Shown piece by piece: positions 16,953-27,364 of a stretch of DNA of 64,000 nt. A program made the position numbers and the translations under genes. This DNA is from Brevinematales bacterium (GTDB taxonomy: Bacteria; Spirochaetota; Brevinematia; Brevinematales; GWF1-51-8): positions 18,205 through 82,204 of the forward strand of contig JABLXV010000008.1 in the NCBI GenBank assembly GCA_013177895.1, in the 5' to 3' direction. The first letter of the stretch is position 1, and the number at the start of each line of letters is the position of its first letter. Below the pieces are notes generated by a model. The model ran no database searches. It was not told the origin of the DNA and saw only the letters and a list, made by a program, of their open reading frames with translations.

Positions 16953-17891
16953 TTATATCTCCCGCACCTTCACCTGATCCAGCATATCGATCACATCCTT
17001 GGGATAGCACAGCCCGGTGCCGGGAGTGAGCACGGACGCTGTTCCGCACGCGACCCCCATCTTCGCCGCCTCGAGGATAGGCTTCTCCTCCTCGACCAGA
17101 CTCATAATGAATCCCGCGACAAACGCGTCGCCCGCCCCGACAGTGGATACCGCGTCGACATTAGGCGCGGCCACATTATAGTACTTCCCGTCGTCGGTGT
17201 TGCGGATATAAATACCCTTATCCCCGGCGGAGATGATGGGGAACGGGACGCGTTCGCCGAGCTTCGCGAGAGCCGCGGCATAGTCGTCGTTCGTCTTCAG
17301 GGACATCCCGGTCAGGTTCTCGGTCTCCTTCTGGTTGGGTTTGATAAAATCGGGCGAGCAGAGCGCGAGGGTGTCCGAAAGGATATCGCCCTCGGTATCG
17401 AGCAGGATATTTTTTACATCGTTCTTGATAGCGTTAATAAAGTATGCGTAGATATCGGTGGGTGAATTCGGCGGGACAATGCCGGAGAACACGAAGGTCG
17501 TATCCTTCTTGGCATACGATTGAATAAGGTCGAGCATCTTTTCCAGTTCCTCGGTATCGAGAACCGGCCCGGGGTCGTTGAATTTCAGGGTGGATTTCTG
17601 CTTGCGGAGATTGACCGTGTAATTCATCCGGGTATTCCCGATTACCGGGACGAAATCGCTGTCGATCTGCTCCTCCTCGATGAACTGCGAGAGAAGTTTC
17701 CCCATCTGGCCGCCGCTGAAATACAGGGCGGTGTTCGGCACGCCGAAGCGTTTGAGCACGCGGGATACGTTGATACCCTTTCCGCCCGCCTCGTAGTTGA
17801 TTTCGGATAGCCGCATGATCTCATCGTGCTTCAGGTCGTCCGTCTCCCCGTACTTATCGATTGCGGGATTGAGCGTAACTGTGATTATCAT
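16953..17891 (-). CDS. PfkB-family sugar-phosphate kinase (1-phosphofructokinase/tagatose-6-P kinase-like)
   Basis: PfkB family signatures are present: MIITVTLNPAIDK, GGKGINVSRVL, and C-terminal GAGDAFVAGF. Confidence 0.8.
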   Translation of the reverse strand: MIITVTLNPAIDKYGETDDLKHDEIMRLSEINYEAGGKGINVSRVLKRFGVPNTALYFSGGQMGKLLSQFIEEEQIDSDFVPVIGNTRMNYTVNLRKQKSTLKFNDPGPVLDTEELEKMLDLIQSYAKKDTTFVFSGIVPPNSPTDIYAYFINAIKNDVKNILLDTEGDILSDTLALCSPDFIKPNQKETENLTGMSLKTNDDYAAALAKLGERVPFPIISAGDKGIYIRNTDDGKYYNVAAPNVDAVSTVGAGDAFVAGFIMSLVEEEKPILEAAKMGVACGTASVLTPGTGLCYPKDVIDMLDQVKVREI

Positions 17892-17903
17892 CCGGGGTTC
17901 CTC

Positions 17904-18725
17904 CTATGAACCGAACGCGAGCGAGAGGCTGATCTGGAATGTGACCCCTACCGCGAGATTGTATGAAAGGGATGTTCCCAACGCTGTCGGGAGATCGAAC
18001 AGAGTCCAATCCGTAATATCGGCGCCGAAATTGACGCTCCATCCCGTGTAGTCGATCGAAAAATCGCCGCCGAACAAGAGCGCGAACGATTTCGTGACCG
18101 GTACCGCGAGGCCTATTTTAATCGATTTTTCTATACCGTTGAGGTCGAACACGGGGTAGAACCGCGCCCATCCCATATCGAGCAGGAATCCCGTCTGGAC
18201 GAACGTGATATTCATATCGTTGCCGCCGCCCGTGATACCCCATGACAGCCACGGCGTCAGCGAGAGCGAGAACGTCAGGTTGACGCCGAATACCGGATAA
18301 GCCCCGTATTCCGCGATATTCTCCACCCCGATAAATCCGCCGAGCTTGAGCGTGATATTTTCGCGTTTCAGGAAATATCCCTGCACGCGCGCGGCCGCCG
18401 CGAACGGGAATATCATATGCTCGATCCCGGTATCGTCCACCGCGTTAAAACCCGGTACGAATATAAAATCGAGGCCGAAATCGATCGGGCGGATGAAACG
18501 GTAAAAATTGAACGAGTCCCGCATGATAAACTGCGAGATATAGGATGTGTCGAATTTCAGCACCTTGTTGTGGGCGTTCGCGAGCGACGGGTTCTCGAAG
18601 CAGTAGATACCGCCGATACCCTCCGCGTACGCGTCGCGCTGGTAGAAGAGTTCGGTTGAAAATAGGGTATGGCCTGCCGACGGGGTACTAATTAACCACA
18701 AGCACAGGATAACGGACAGTTTCAC
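17904..18725 (-). CDS. hypothetical outer-membrane beta-barrel-like protein
   Basis: I prefer the GTG at 18725 (VKLSVILCLWLISTPSAG.. gives a signal peptide, with RBS aggtgg upstream). The 18800 ATG would overlap the protease gene by 113 nt. The sequence is rich in alternating aromatic/Gly strands. Confidence 0.5.
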   Translation of the reverse strand: MKLSVILCLWLISTPSAGHTLFSTELFYQRDAYAEGIGGIYCFENPSLANAHNKVLKFDTSYISQFIMRDSFNFYRFIRPIDFGLDFIFVPGFNAVDDTGIEHMIFPFAAAARVQGYFLKRENITLKLGGFIGVENIAEYGAYPVFGVNLTFSLSLTPWLSWGITGGGNDMNITFVQTGFLLDMGWARFYPVFDLNGIEKSIKIGLAVPVTKSFALLFGGDFSIDYTGWSVNFGADITDWTLFDLPTALGTSLSYNLAVGVTFQISLSLAFGS

Positions 18726-20787
18726 CGTCCACCTGAACCATGATAAAATACACGCCCGCGGACACTTTTCTGCCTGTGATGTCGTTTCCGTCCCATTCAT
18801 ATTTGATTACCTCGACTCCGCTGATAGTAGTATCGCCTAAATTCTGTATCATATTTCCCGACTGGTCGTAGACCTTGATCGAGAGGTTTTTATTGATCTG
18901 CGACGAATTCGCCGTAAACTGCACGGTCGTGAAATTATCGGTCGCCTTGGAGAAATTAAGCACATTGTTGACCACTTTGGCGTTAAAGACCGGCGTCGAC
19001 GCGTCGGTCGTCAGAAGCTGGGCGAGGTTCGCCACCCCGTAACCGAACTTATTATCCCATGTGCCGGGGTCGGTCTTATACGGCGCGCTGGCCTTCGCGG
19101 TATTCGCGAGGAGCGTCCGTAATTGATCGACCGTCAGGGTAGGTTCCTTTTCCAGCAGTATCGCGATAATCCCGGTTACCACCGGCGCCGCCATACTGGT
19201 GCCCTGCTGTCCGAAGTAGTAATCGTTCACTTTTGTGTTGCCCGGCGGGGGCGCGTCGGTACGCGAGAGGGTGGAGATGATGTACGACCCCGGCGCCGAT
19301 ATATCGGGCTTCTGCTGTCCGTCGGCGGTCGGCCCCATACTGGAGTAGTACGCGATATCGTGAAGAGTCAGACTCGCGGACTCGTAATAATCCTGCATGT
19401 AATTGGTGAACCCTGTTTTGGTGACCATCGAACCGACTGCGATAGCGTCCTTCTGCGCGGAGAATGTCGAGACCGTACCGGAAGGATCCGGCAGTACGAA
19501 CTCGCTGTTCGGGTAGGAGGTAGTCAGATACCCGTTCACGGGGGTAGCCGCGCCGACCGCGCCGCTTTGGAACACGACCTTCCAATTCCCGGAGGCGACA
19601 TTATACAGGTCGATTTCCAGCATATAAATATTATCGTCGGTATATTTCATCTGGTTGTAGGAAATATTGATCCCGTAAGGGTTAGACCCGCTGGTGAACC
19701 CGATGTTTGTCGCTCCTCCGGGAGCGACCAGCGCGAACGGGACTATCGCGTTATTGGAATAGTAAAACACCATCTGTAAAAACGTATCCTGTACGTTGAC
19801 CGTGATAGCTGTACTCAATAATACTTTTATAGTGTCTGAGGCATGCATCGCCAAATCGCCTTCGTTACCGGCGGCCCATACGATAATGTTTCCGCTCTTC
19901 CCGTAGTTTGCGTCGCTCAGCAGGTTGTCGAGGTACTGGTTATACGGGTCGGTCGCGGTATGGGTGCCCCAGTGGAATCCGATACTGAGGTTGATGACGC
20001 AGGGTTTTCCGAGCTGCTGCGCGCGCCAGAAGATATAATTGACCGCGTCGAGGATACGCGTGCTGTTATAAAAATCGAGGCAGACGAAGACGATATTCGC
20101 CGACGGGGCGACTCCCTGGTAGTATCCCTGCGACATCGCGCCGTTACCCGCCGCGATGCCCGCGACATGGGTGCCGTGGAGAGCGGGGTCGGTAACATCG
20201 CACCTTCCGCCGTCTATATCGCTTTTCGTCCATTCCGTCCCGTAGTCGAATCCCTGCGGAGCCTTACCCGTGCTCGAGTTCTGATCCCAGATATAGAGGA
20301 TGCGCGACAGCCCGTAGGGGGAGAGGAAGTCCGGGTGCGCGATATCGATGCCGGTGTCCACTATCCCGACAATCACGTCGTTTCCGGTATAGCCCGCGTT
20401 ATGCGCCTGGTCGCCGTCGATAAACGGGCGGGCGGTGTTCATATAGGTCTGGACAGGGCTTCCGAGCAGGAGATTTTCCAGACCCGGTTCCGCGGCTATC
20501 GCGTCGATGGCATTCAGCGGGATGACCGCGGTGAAATATTCCCCGCTCTTGGACTGGACTTTCCCGCCCCATTTCTCGACCGCCGCCGGGTCGCCCTTCC
20601 CGAATACCGATACCTCTACGGGTAAAGTCCCCTCTTTAGAAAGCAGCTGAAATCCGGGCTTGCCCTTCGTCGGGACTTCTATCTTTCCCTGATTCATGGC
20701 GGATAGTTTCTTGAGGCCGAGATTGACCGAAGCGGGGAAGATGACCGATGGAAATATAAATAGGATGATGACAAGTATCGCTTTCAA
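18688..20787 (-). CDS. secreted subtilisin-like serine protease (S8) with C-terminal FlgD-Ig/T9SS-type sorting-domain-like tail
   Basis: The catalytic triad contexts are VGIVDTGID, HGTHVAGIAAG and GTSMAAPVVTG. The C-terminus is LSIKVYDQSGNMIQNL...YEWDGNDITGRKVSAGVYFIMVQV. A signal peptide is present. Confidence 0.85.
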   Translation of the reverse strand: MKAILVIILFIFPSVIFPASVNLGLKKLSAMNQGKIEVPTKGKPGFQLLSKEGTLPVEVSVFGKGDPAAVEKWGGKVQSKSGEYFTAVIPLNAIDAIAAEPGLENLLLGSPVQTYMNTARPFIDGDQAHNAGYTGNDVIVGIVDTGIDIAHPDFLSPYGLSRILYIWDQNSSTGKAPQGFDYGTEWTKSDIDGGRCDVTDPALHGTHVAGIAAGNGAMSQGYYQGVAPSANIVFVCLDFYNSTRILDAVNYIFWRAQQLGKPCVINLSIGFHWGTHTATDPYNQYLDNLLSDANYGKSGNIIVWAAGNEGDLAMHASDTIKVLLSTAITVNVQDTFLQMVFYYSNNAIVPFALVAPGGATNIGFTSGSNPYGINISYNQMKYTDDNIYMLEIDLYNVASGNWKVVFQSGAVGAATPVNGYLTTSYPNSEFVLPDPSGTVSTFSAQKDAIAVGSMVTKTGFTNYMQDYYESASLTLHDIAYYSSMGPTADGQQKPDISAPGSYIISTLSRTDAPPPGNTKVNDYYFGQQGTSMAAPVVTGIIAILLEKEPTLTVDQLRTLLANTAKASAPYKTDPGTWDNKFGYGVANLAQLLTTDASTPVFNAKVVNNVLNFSKATDNFTTVQFTANSSQINKNLSIKVYDQSGNMIQNLGDTTISGVEVIKYEWDGNDITGRKVSAGVYFIMVQVDGETVRYPVLVVN

Positions 20788-20806
20788 TAGACTCTCCTCA
20801 ATGATA

Positions 20807-21742
20807 TTATAACACGCCGGCCTCTTTTAGACAAATGAGAGTCTTTTCTTTACCGCGCGCGATGATCTTCAGGATGGATTTCTCATTCAGATCGTCCAAT
20901 CCGGGATTACATTCGGAATCGACGGTGACGAGCATATCCGGCGGGAATTGTTTTATCTTCACGGAGTAGTTCTCCAACGCCATAATATCCCATGCGCGCA
21001 GAAGAATCGCCGCCCAGTGCGATTCCACGCTCTGGAACTCGGTATCCTCCAGCCACGGGACGGCGCTAAAGACCGGGAGAGATTTGATAAAGTGGATGAG
21101 CGGTTTCCGGGTCTTCTTGATCTGGATATCCGCCGCTGGGGCGAGCGGCGCGGTAAGCGAGGACGCGAATATCAGCCCTTTCCAATGCTGGCGCAGGGTA
21201 TGCACCGGCAGGTTTTCCGTGATACCGCCGTCGACCAGGATGCGGTTGTTGATGATGACCGGCTCGAACACGGCGGGGACGGATACGCTCGCGCGCACCG
21301 CGAGGGGTACGTCACCCTCATGCAGCACCACAGCCTCGCCGGTCATAATATCGGTCGCTATTATATAGAGCGGAATCTTCATTTCGATGAAATGGTTGGG
21401 TTTGATATACTTACGCAGAAAGTCGATGACGGAACTTGCTTTCAGGAGGCCGCTTTTCGGCAGGACGGGATTTCCCAGAGTGAAGATGCTTCCCATATTG
21501 ATATGCGCGGCGAAATCGATGATTTCCTCGACCGGAATTCCCGCCGCATACGCGCACCCCGCTATCGCTCCGGCGCTGGTTCCCGCGATCATCCGTACCG
21601 GGATACCCGCCTCGTCGAGCGCCTGTAATACGCCGATATGAAAGAAGCCCTTCAGCCCGCCCGATCCTAACGCGACGGCCACGCCCTCGGTCAGAACCCT
21701 CTTACGGAACCGGTTTTTCCATAAATCGTTAATTAACCCCAT
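20807..21742 (-). CDS. patatin-like phospholipase
   Basis: It carries the GSGGLKG oxyanion motif, the GTSAGA nucleophile elbow, and the DGG catalytic Asp motif. Confidence 0.85.
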   Translation of the reverse strand: MGLINDLWKNRFRKRVLTEGVAVALGSGGLKGFFHIGVLQALDEAGIPVRMIAGTSAGAIAGCAYAAGIPVEEIIDFAAHINMGSIFTLGNPVLPKSGLLKASSVIDFLRKYIKPNHFIEMKIPLYIIATDIMTGEAVVLHEGDVPLAVRASVSVPAVFEPVIINNRILVDGGITENLPVHTLRQHWKGLIFASSLTAPLAPAADIQIKKTRKPLIHFIKSLPVFSAVPWLEDTEFQSVESHWAAILLRAWDIMALENYSVKIKQFPPDMLVTVDSECNPGLDDLNEKSILKIIARGKEKTLICLKEAGVL

Positions 21743-21775
21743 TCTTTTATCCGTACCTGAAAATAGATTATTATT

Positions 21776-22450
21776 CTATTTATGCCCGTGAATATCCTTC
21801 ATCCACCCCGCCGGGTCGGTATCGCTGAAGAACGCCGAACCGATCACGAGGAAATCCGCGCCCGCGTCGAGCAGGAGTTGGTAGTTATCGCGGGATACGC
21901 CGCCGTCGACCTGTATCGAAATTTCCCGTTCCCCGGTAATCTCCCGGAGGCGGCGGATTTTATCGAGCGATTCGGGCATAAATTTCTGCCCGGAGAACCC
22001 CGGCTCCACGCTCATTACCAGCACGAGGTCGATGAGGCCGAGATAGGGAGTCACCGCGTCCGCCGGGGTCGCGGGCTTGATGGAAATCCCGGCTTTTTTG
22101 CCCGCAGCGCGGATTGAGCCGAGCATCTCCCGGACTCGCGTATCGGCGGAGTTGCCATCGAACGCTTCAATATGTATGGTAATCAGGTCTACGGGAAGCG
22201 CGAGGTACGGTTCGATGCCCCGCGAGAGGTCGATCATCAGATGCGCGTCTCCGGGGAGACCGCTCTTTGCGGCGACGTCGGCGATAAACTTCGGGCCGAA
22301 CGAAATATTCGGGACGAAGCGGTTATCCATCACGTCGTAATGAATCCCGTCGGCGCCGGAGCGTTTAACCAGCCCGACTGCCTCGCTGATCGAGTAAAAG
22401 TCCGCCGCGAATATCGACGGAGATACTTTTATGTTCGATTCGGCTATCAA
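21776..22450 (-). CDS. rpe: ribulose-phosphate 3-epimerase
   Basis: Motifs SIFAADF, HYDVMDNRFVPNISFGP and MSVEPGFSGQKF are present. Confidence 0.9.
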   Translation of the reverse strand: MIAESNIKVSPSIFAADFYSISEAVGLVKRSGADGIHYDVMDNRFVPNISFGPKFIADVAAKSGLPGDAHLMIDLSRGIEPYLALPVDLITIHIEAFDGNSADTRVREMLGSIRAAGKKAGISIKPATPADAVTPYLGLIDLVLVMSVEPGFSGQKFMPESLDKIRRLREITGEREISIQVDGGVSRDNYQLLLDAGADFLVIGSAFFSDTDPAGWMKDIHGHK

Positions 22451-23517
22451 TACTTTTCCTCTCGGAGGAACGTGCTGTTCGCGGTCAGGTAGAGCGAGGT
22501 CTTCCCGAACGATTTAAAGGTGACCACGATCCAGTTATTGTACTCGATCGGCATATTCATAATTTCGCGTTCGCTGTTGAGTTCGTCGTCGACCGTAATC
22601 TTGATCTGCGCCGACGGCCCGGCCGATGCGCCTGTCCCGAGATCGGGCACGGAAGACTTGGTCAGGTAATACCGGAATATATGATAAGTGTACTTCGCTT
22701 TTTCCATATCGTCCTTACCGTAAACCCCGACCTTGAGGGTGACGGAGGAATTCTTCTTGATGACGGAGTTCGGCGGTATATCCTGCCCGAGCACAAGCCC
22801 GTCCTCTTCGGTCAGGTCGGTGACGACTTTTTCCAGCTTGGGAATGATGCCCGCGTCGAAAATATCCTTCACGGCGATCTCGAGGGGCTGTTTCGAGAAG
22901 TCGGCGACACGGTATTCGTCCTTCTTCACGTCGGAGTTGACGAGAAGCTGGAGTTTCACGAAACGCTCGACTTCCTGCCCGGCCTTGAGATCCTGGCTGA
23001 TGACCACATTCGTCTGGTACTCGCTGGCCTGGATGATCTTGACCGTATAGGTGATCTTATTCTGTTTGAGTATCGATTCCGCCTCGTTGCGGTTCATCCC
23101 GATCAGGTCGGGCACGATAAAGGTATCCTTACCCATACTGACGAGGATTTTGACCACGCGATCCTCGCGGACGGTGATACCGGGGCTGGGATACTGTTCC
23201 ACGACGATGAAACGGTCGATGGTTTTGTCGAACTTTTTGTCGATCTGCACGACCAGCCCGCGTTCCTCGAGCGCAAGCGCGGCGTCTACGACGTTCATCC
23301 CGATTACCGACGGGACTTTCGTCAACGGCGTACCGATACTTTTAATCGTCAGTACGGCGAATACGGTGATAATCGCGAGCGCGCCCGCGAGTACCGCGAA
23401 AAAGAGCATTTTCCGCAGAAAGCGGGTGTATATGTCCGTATGCTTGTTTTCCGTTGGGGACTTCAGTTTAATTAAAAGACGCTGGAAGAATCCGATTTTT
23501 TTCACATTACCCTGCAT
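22447..23517 (-). CDS. PASTA-domain membrane protein
   Basis: A single N-terminal TM is followed by repeated PASTA-like units (VPSVIGMNVVDAALALEERGLVV.., VPDLIGMNRNEAESILKQNKI..). Its stop overlaps the rpe start by 4 nt. Confidence 0.75.
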   Translation of the reverse strand: MQGNVKKIGFFQRLLIKLKSPTENKHTDIYTRFLRKMLFFAVLAGALAIITVFAVLTIKSIGTPLTKVPSVIGMNVVDAALALEERGLVVQIDKKFDKTIDRFIVVEQYPSPGITVREDRVVKILVSMGKDTFIVPDLIGMNRNEAESILKQNKITYTVKIIQASEYQTNVVISQDLKAGQEVERFVKLQLLVNSDVKKDEYRVADFSKQPLEIAVKDIFDAGIIPKLEKVVTDLTEEDGLVLGQDIPPNSVIKKNSSVTLKVGVYGKDDMEKAKYTYHIFRYYLTKSSVPDLGTGASAGPSAQIKITVDDELNSEREIMNMPIEYNNWIVVTFKSFGKTSLYLTANSTFLREEKY

Positions 23518-23529
23518 CTTGGGTCTCCT

Positions 23530-24471
23530 TTAAAATAATAAGCCGATACCCGGCCTGTAACCGTTCACGAAAGCGGCGGCGTTCATCTCGTTCTTTCCCG
23601 CCGGCTTGACCGTTTCCACCGAAATTGAATTTTCCTTACAGCCGATAATCAGGCCGTCTTTTCCGGCTTTTAGGACTGTTCCCGGTGCGCCCAATATTTT
23701 ATCATTAATTCCGATTTTCGTAAAAGAAACACGGATTAGTTTTCGGGATTTTTCATCGTGGAAGTCCGTATAGATACCCGGCCACGGGAAATACGCGCGG
23801 AATTTGTTCATAATATCCCCGGCGGTCTCGTCGGCGAAGCGGATATACCCGTCCTCGCGTCTGATGATAGAGCAGTAGGAGGCGAGCGAGTCGTCCTGCG
23901 GGGTACGGGAAACATTTCCATTCCCGATGCCTTCGACCGCGCGGAGCAGGAGCTTCGCGCCGCCTGCGGCGAGTTTCTCCGACAGGGCGGCGTAGGTGTC
24001 GTCCGGCTGTATGAGGGTCTCCTCCCGGAGGATAATATCGCCCTTGTCGAGTTCTTTAGTGATAAACTGCACCGTGTTCCCCGTGACTGTTTCGCCATGC
24101 AGGAGCGCGGACTGTATCGGCGACGCGCCCCGGTACTTCGGGAGCAGGGATGCGTGCAGGTTGACGGAATGGTGTTTCGGCAGATAGATCAGGTCTTCGG
24201 GGATAATCCTGCCGTAGGAAACAATGACCGACAGGTCGGGTGAAATCTCCGCGAGCGGGGTGTTCAGCGCGCCGTCCCTGAGCGTCGCGGGCTGGAGGCA
24301 CGGGATACCGTGCTCTATCGCGAAAGTTTTAACCGGGGTGGGGTGAAGTTCGCCGTGCCGTCCGACCGGCTTATCGGGGTTGGTCACTACCGCGGCGATC
24401 GTATGACTGCGGCTCAGGAGTTCGAGCGACGGGACTGAGAAACCGGAACTGCCCCAGAAGACAAGCCTCAT
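23530..24471 (-). CDS. fmt: methionyl-tRNA formyltransferase
   Basis: MRLVFWGSS.F.., SVNLHASLLPKYRGASPIQ and the C-terminal Fmt domain are present. It overlaps the def stop by 4 nt. Confidence 0.9.
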   Translation of the reverse strand: MRLVFWGSSGFSVPSLELLSRSHTIAAVVTNPDKPVGRHGELHPTPVKTFAIEHGIPCLQPATLRDGALNTPLAEISPDLSVIVSYGRIIPEDLIYLPKHHSVNLHASLLPKYRGASPIQSALLHGETVTGNTVQFITKELDKGDIILREETLIQPDDTYAALSEKLAAGGAKLLLRAVEGIGNGNVSRTPQDDSLASYCSIIRREDGYIRFADETAGDIMNKFRAYFPWPGIYTDFHDEKSRKLIRVSFTKIGINDKILGAPGTVLKAGKDGLIIGCKENSISVETVKPAGKNEMNAAAFVNGYRPGIGLLF

Positions 24472-25007
24472 ATCTGAATCCGGTCCAGTTTCTTCCGGTT
24501 CTTATCGATTATCTGGTCGATCAGATCCCTGTTTTTATCGAGCTCGCCTGTGCTGAGGTAGTCGATAAACAGGACTCCCTCGAGATGGTCGAATTCATGC
24601 TGGAGCGCGCGGGCATAGAGACCCTCGGCGCGGATTGTCACGATACGCCCGTTGGGAAGCATCCCCTTGATCTTGATCGATTCCGGACGGATGACGCTTC
24701 CCCATACCTCGGGGACGGACAGGCACCCTTCCTCGCGCTCGATCACGTTGGACGAACGGTCGATGATCTCCGGGTTGATGAGCGCGATGCGCTTATCTTC
24801 CTTCGACGGCCTGAGGTCGACGACGAAGATACGTTTGGGAATACCCACCTGGGGGGCGGCAAGCCCGATCCCGTTCTGCTTGCCAAGCGTGTCTTCCAGA
24901 TCGACAATATATTTCAGTATTTCATCGTTGAGTTCGGATACATCTTCCGCGCGCTTCCTGAGAACCGGGTCTCCATAAGTGCGCATCTTCAATACGGCCA
25001 TTTTCAC
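24468..25007 (-). CDS. def: peptide deformylase
   Basis: The three deformylase motifs are present: GIGLAAPQ, EGCLSVP and HEFDHL. Confidence 0.92.
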   Translation of the reverse strand: MKMAVLKMRTYGDPVLRKRAEDVSELNDEILKYIVDLEDTLGKQNGIGLAAPQVGIPKRIFVVDLRPSKEDKRIALINPEIIDRSSNVIEREEGCLSVPEVWGSVIRPESIKIKGMLPNGRIVTIRAEGLYARALQHEFDHLEGVLFIDYLSTGELDKNRDLIDQIIDKNRKKLDRIQI

Positions 25008-25405
25008 CCTCTGTAATTATTAGCCTATTATGGACGCTTTAATTAACCGCCGATGACCGGCGAAAGGAAGCGCCCATTGGGCAATTTTGATAGTAAATTA
25101 TATTAAATCTTATAAAATAAGGCACATAAATTTTTATAGCCCTTATTTTAATACAGGATGACGATTTAGCAAGTTTTCGCGGGGTTAATCCCATGTTAAT
25201 CCCTGTATATCGGTAATATAATCATTTTTCCGTGAAAAATCGAATCTAATAGTGGATTGCCTATGACTGATAAAAATATTTAAAATATTTCACTTTTTAA
25301 TGATTCGGACGGTAATATCGTTAGGATAAGTTTCTGTTTACTCCGCGCTGTTCGCGGGTGTATCCTGAAAAATCCTGACTATTTATTAATAATCATTCAA
25401 ATACT

Positions 25406-25434
25406 TTGACAAATTGGTCATCATATTTTATGTT
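25406..25434 (+). promoter_or_regulatory. candidate sigma70 promoter
   Basis: ttgaca, 17 nt, tatgtt; it lies upstream of the 25490 start. Confidence 0.35.
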
Positions 25435-25489
25435 TAGACGCGATATTATTGATGAATTAACTGTACTTATGTTAGAAATGGAGGTGGTT

Positions 25490-27331
25490 ATGAAAGGGGC
25501 TGTTTTATTGTTGGCGGGTCTGCTGTTATTCTCGTCATGCGCGTTATTCGACGAACTGTTAAATCCGGGGGATATTAATCATCTAATCATTTCCGCGAAC
25601 GATTTAATTGCACCGGTTGTCACGATCGTCTCACCGACTAACGGGCAGAGTGTAAACGAGGCTTGTTCGGTGACTTTAGATATATTAGAAGAGGGTTCCG
25701 GTGTTAATGAGGTCAATGTATCCAAGGATAAGGTATCATGGATAAAAGCCTCCCTCACTGGGAATTATTGGACCGGTATTCTCAATCTTCCCATCGGGTC
25801 GAATACGATCTATGTTTATGCAACCGATAAACGCGGTAATTGTTCGAGTACAAATTCAGTGGATGTTATTTCCGTTGGCCCGGCGGTCATCGCGATTTCT
25901 TATCCCGTCGAGGGGGAAATCTATTATAATCAGATCAGCGCGGTGCTTGGGAACGCGTTTCTCACCGCGCCGCAAAAAATTGTTGCAATAGACATCTCGG
26001 TAAACGGCGGGGGATTTGTCAATATCACGAACAATACCGGCACCAATTCGACCGCGTGGAGTTTTACCGCGGGTTCATTGGTATACGGAACAAACACGCT
26101 CCAGGCAAGGGTAGTTTCTAGCCTGGGGATAACCACTCTTTCGGAAATCAAAACATTTCTACTCGTTCATCAGGAAACGAATATATTTTATAATTTAAAC
26201 GCCGCCGGGGCCTGTGAACTGGGCTGGTCGATAGCTGTGACCCCCGACGGGAATACGATCGTCGCAGGCGCGCCTAGAGAAAACTCATATACTGGAGCCG
26301 TATACTATTACAATTGGAATGGAAGTACATGGATTACGAATAAGTTTATTTATGCAAACTTAGCAGATAATGATAGATTAGGCGTTTCAATATCCGTTTC
26401 ATCGGACGGAAACACCATTATTGCAGGAGCTACCGGTGATGATGGAAAAGGTGCAGTATACCGATTTTATTATGATGGGACAAAATGGATTTCCAATAAA
26501 TTTATTGCGTATGACGGTTTAAATGGTGATACATTTGGTGTTTCTGTCGCCGTTTCGTCAAACGGGAATACTTTTATAACCGGCGCTGTATATAAAAACG
26601 CTAATCAGGGCGCTGTTTACCGGTTTCATTGGACGGGTTCCAACTGGATTACAAATACTATTACAGCTTGTGACGCTTCTTCGGACGGTCATTTCGGGTG
26701 GGCGGTCGCGATTACACCCGACGGCGATACGTTTGCAGTAAGCGCTCCACTTGATGACGAAAACGGCGTAGATTCCGGGGCTGTCTATCGGTTCAAATGG
26801 AATGGAAGTGTTTGGCTGACGAATAAAATTATGGCGAATTCCGAATCGCCTGCCGATTATCTTGGCGTAGGTTCTTATGATAGTTTTCATGCATTATTTG
26901 CTTCTTCAACACCTCTTTTAATTTCGTCTGACGGAAATACTGTTATTGCCGGCGCAATCGGGAAGAACAGCTATCAGGGCGGGGTATACCGCTTCGTTTG
27001 GAACGGCTCTTCATTTGATGAAACTCAGTTTTCCGCTTATGACGGTGTTATAAATGATTATTTCGGCAGTTCTGTCGCCGCAACGCCGGACGGGAATAAT
27101 ATTATAGTGGGAGCTTATCAGGTAAATTCCCAGCAGGGCGCGGTTTACCATTTCAAATGGAACGGGGGTATGTGGACGACTAATAAAATAACGGTCGGAA
27201 CAGGCGGCGACTACTTCGGCAGTTCGGTGGCGGTATCGCCCGATGGGAATATCATCTACGCGGGCGCGCCGGGAACGGATGAGCCCGTAGGCGAAGCGGG
27301 CGCGGTGTACCAATTCATCAATTCGCAGTAA
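25490..27331 (+). CDS. lipoprotein with N-terminal Ig-like domains and a seven-repeat FG-GAP-like beta-propeller
   Basis: I prefer the start at 25490 (RBS ggaggtgg; MKGAVLLLAGLLLFSSC lipobox). There are seven ~50-60-aa repeats of the form (D)xFGxSVAxSxDGNTxxxGA....GAVYxFxWNGSxWxTNK. Confidence 0.75.
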   Translation: MKGAVLLLAGLLLFSSCALFDELLNPGDINHLIISANDLIAPVVTIVSPTNGQSVNEACSVTLDILEEGSGVNEVNVSKDKVSWIKASLTGNYWTGILNLPIGSNTIYVYATDKRGNCSSTNSVDVISVGPAVIAISYPVEGEIYYNQISAVLGNAFLTAPQKIVAIDISVNGGGFVNITNNTGTNSTAWSFTAGSLVYGTNTLQARVVSSLGITTLSEIKTFLLVHQETNIFYNLNAAGACELGWSIAVTPDGNTIVAGAPRENSYTGAVYYYNWNGSTWITNKFIYANLADNDRLGVSISVSSDGNTIIAGATGDDGKGAVYRFYYDGTKWISNKFIAYDGLNGDTFGVSVAVSSNGNTFITGAVYKNANQGAVYRFHWTGSNWITNTITACDASSDGHFGWAVAITPDGDTFAVSAPLDDENGVDSGAVYRFKWNGSVWLTNKIMANSESPADYLGVGSYDSFHALFASSTPLLISSDGNTVIAGAIGKNSYQGGVYRFVWNGSSFDETQFSAYDGVINDYFGSSVAATPDGNNIIVGAYQVNSQQGAVYHFKWNGGMWTTNKITVGTGGDYFGSSVAVSPDGNIIYAGAPGTDEPVGEAGAVYQFINSQ

Positions 27332-27364
27332 TATCACTAGGATCGCGGGGTGGTAGGCGCCGGG

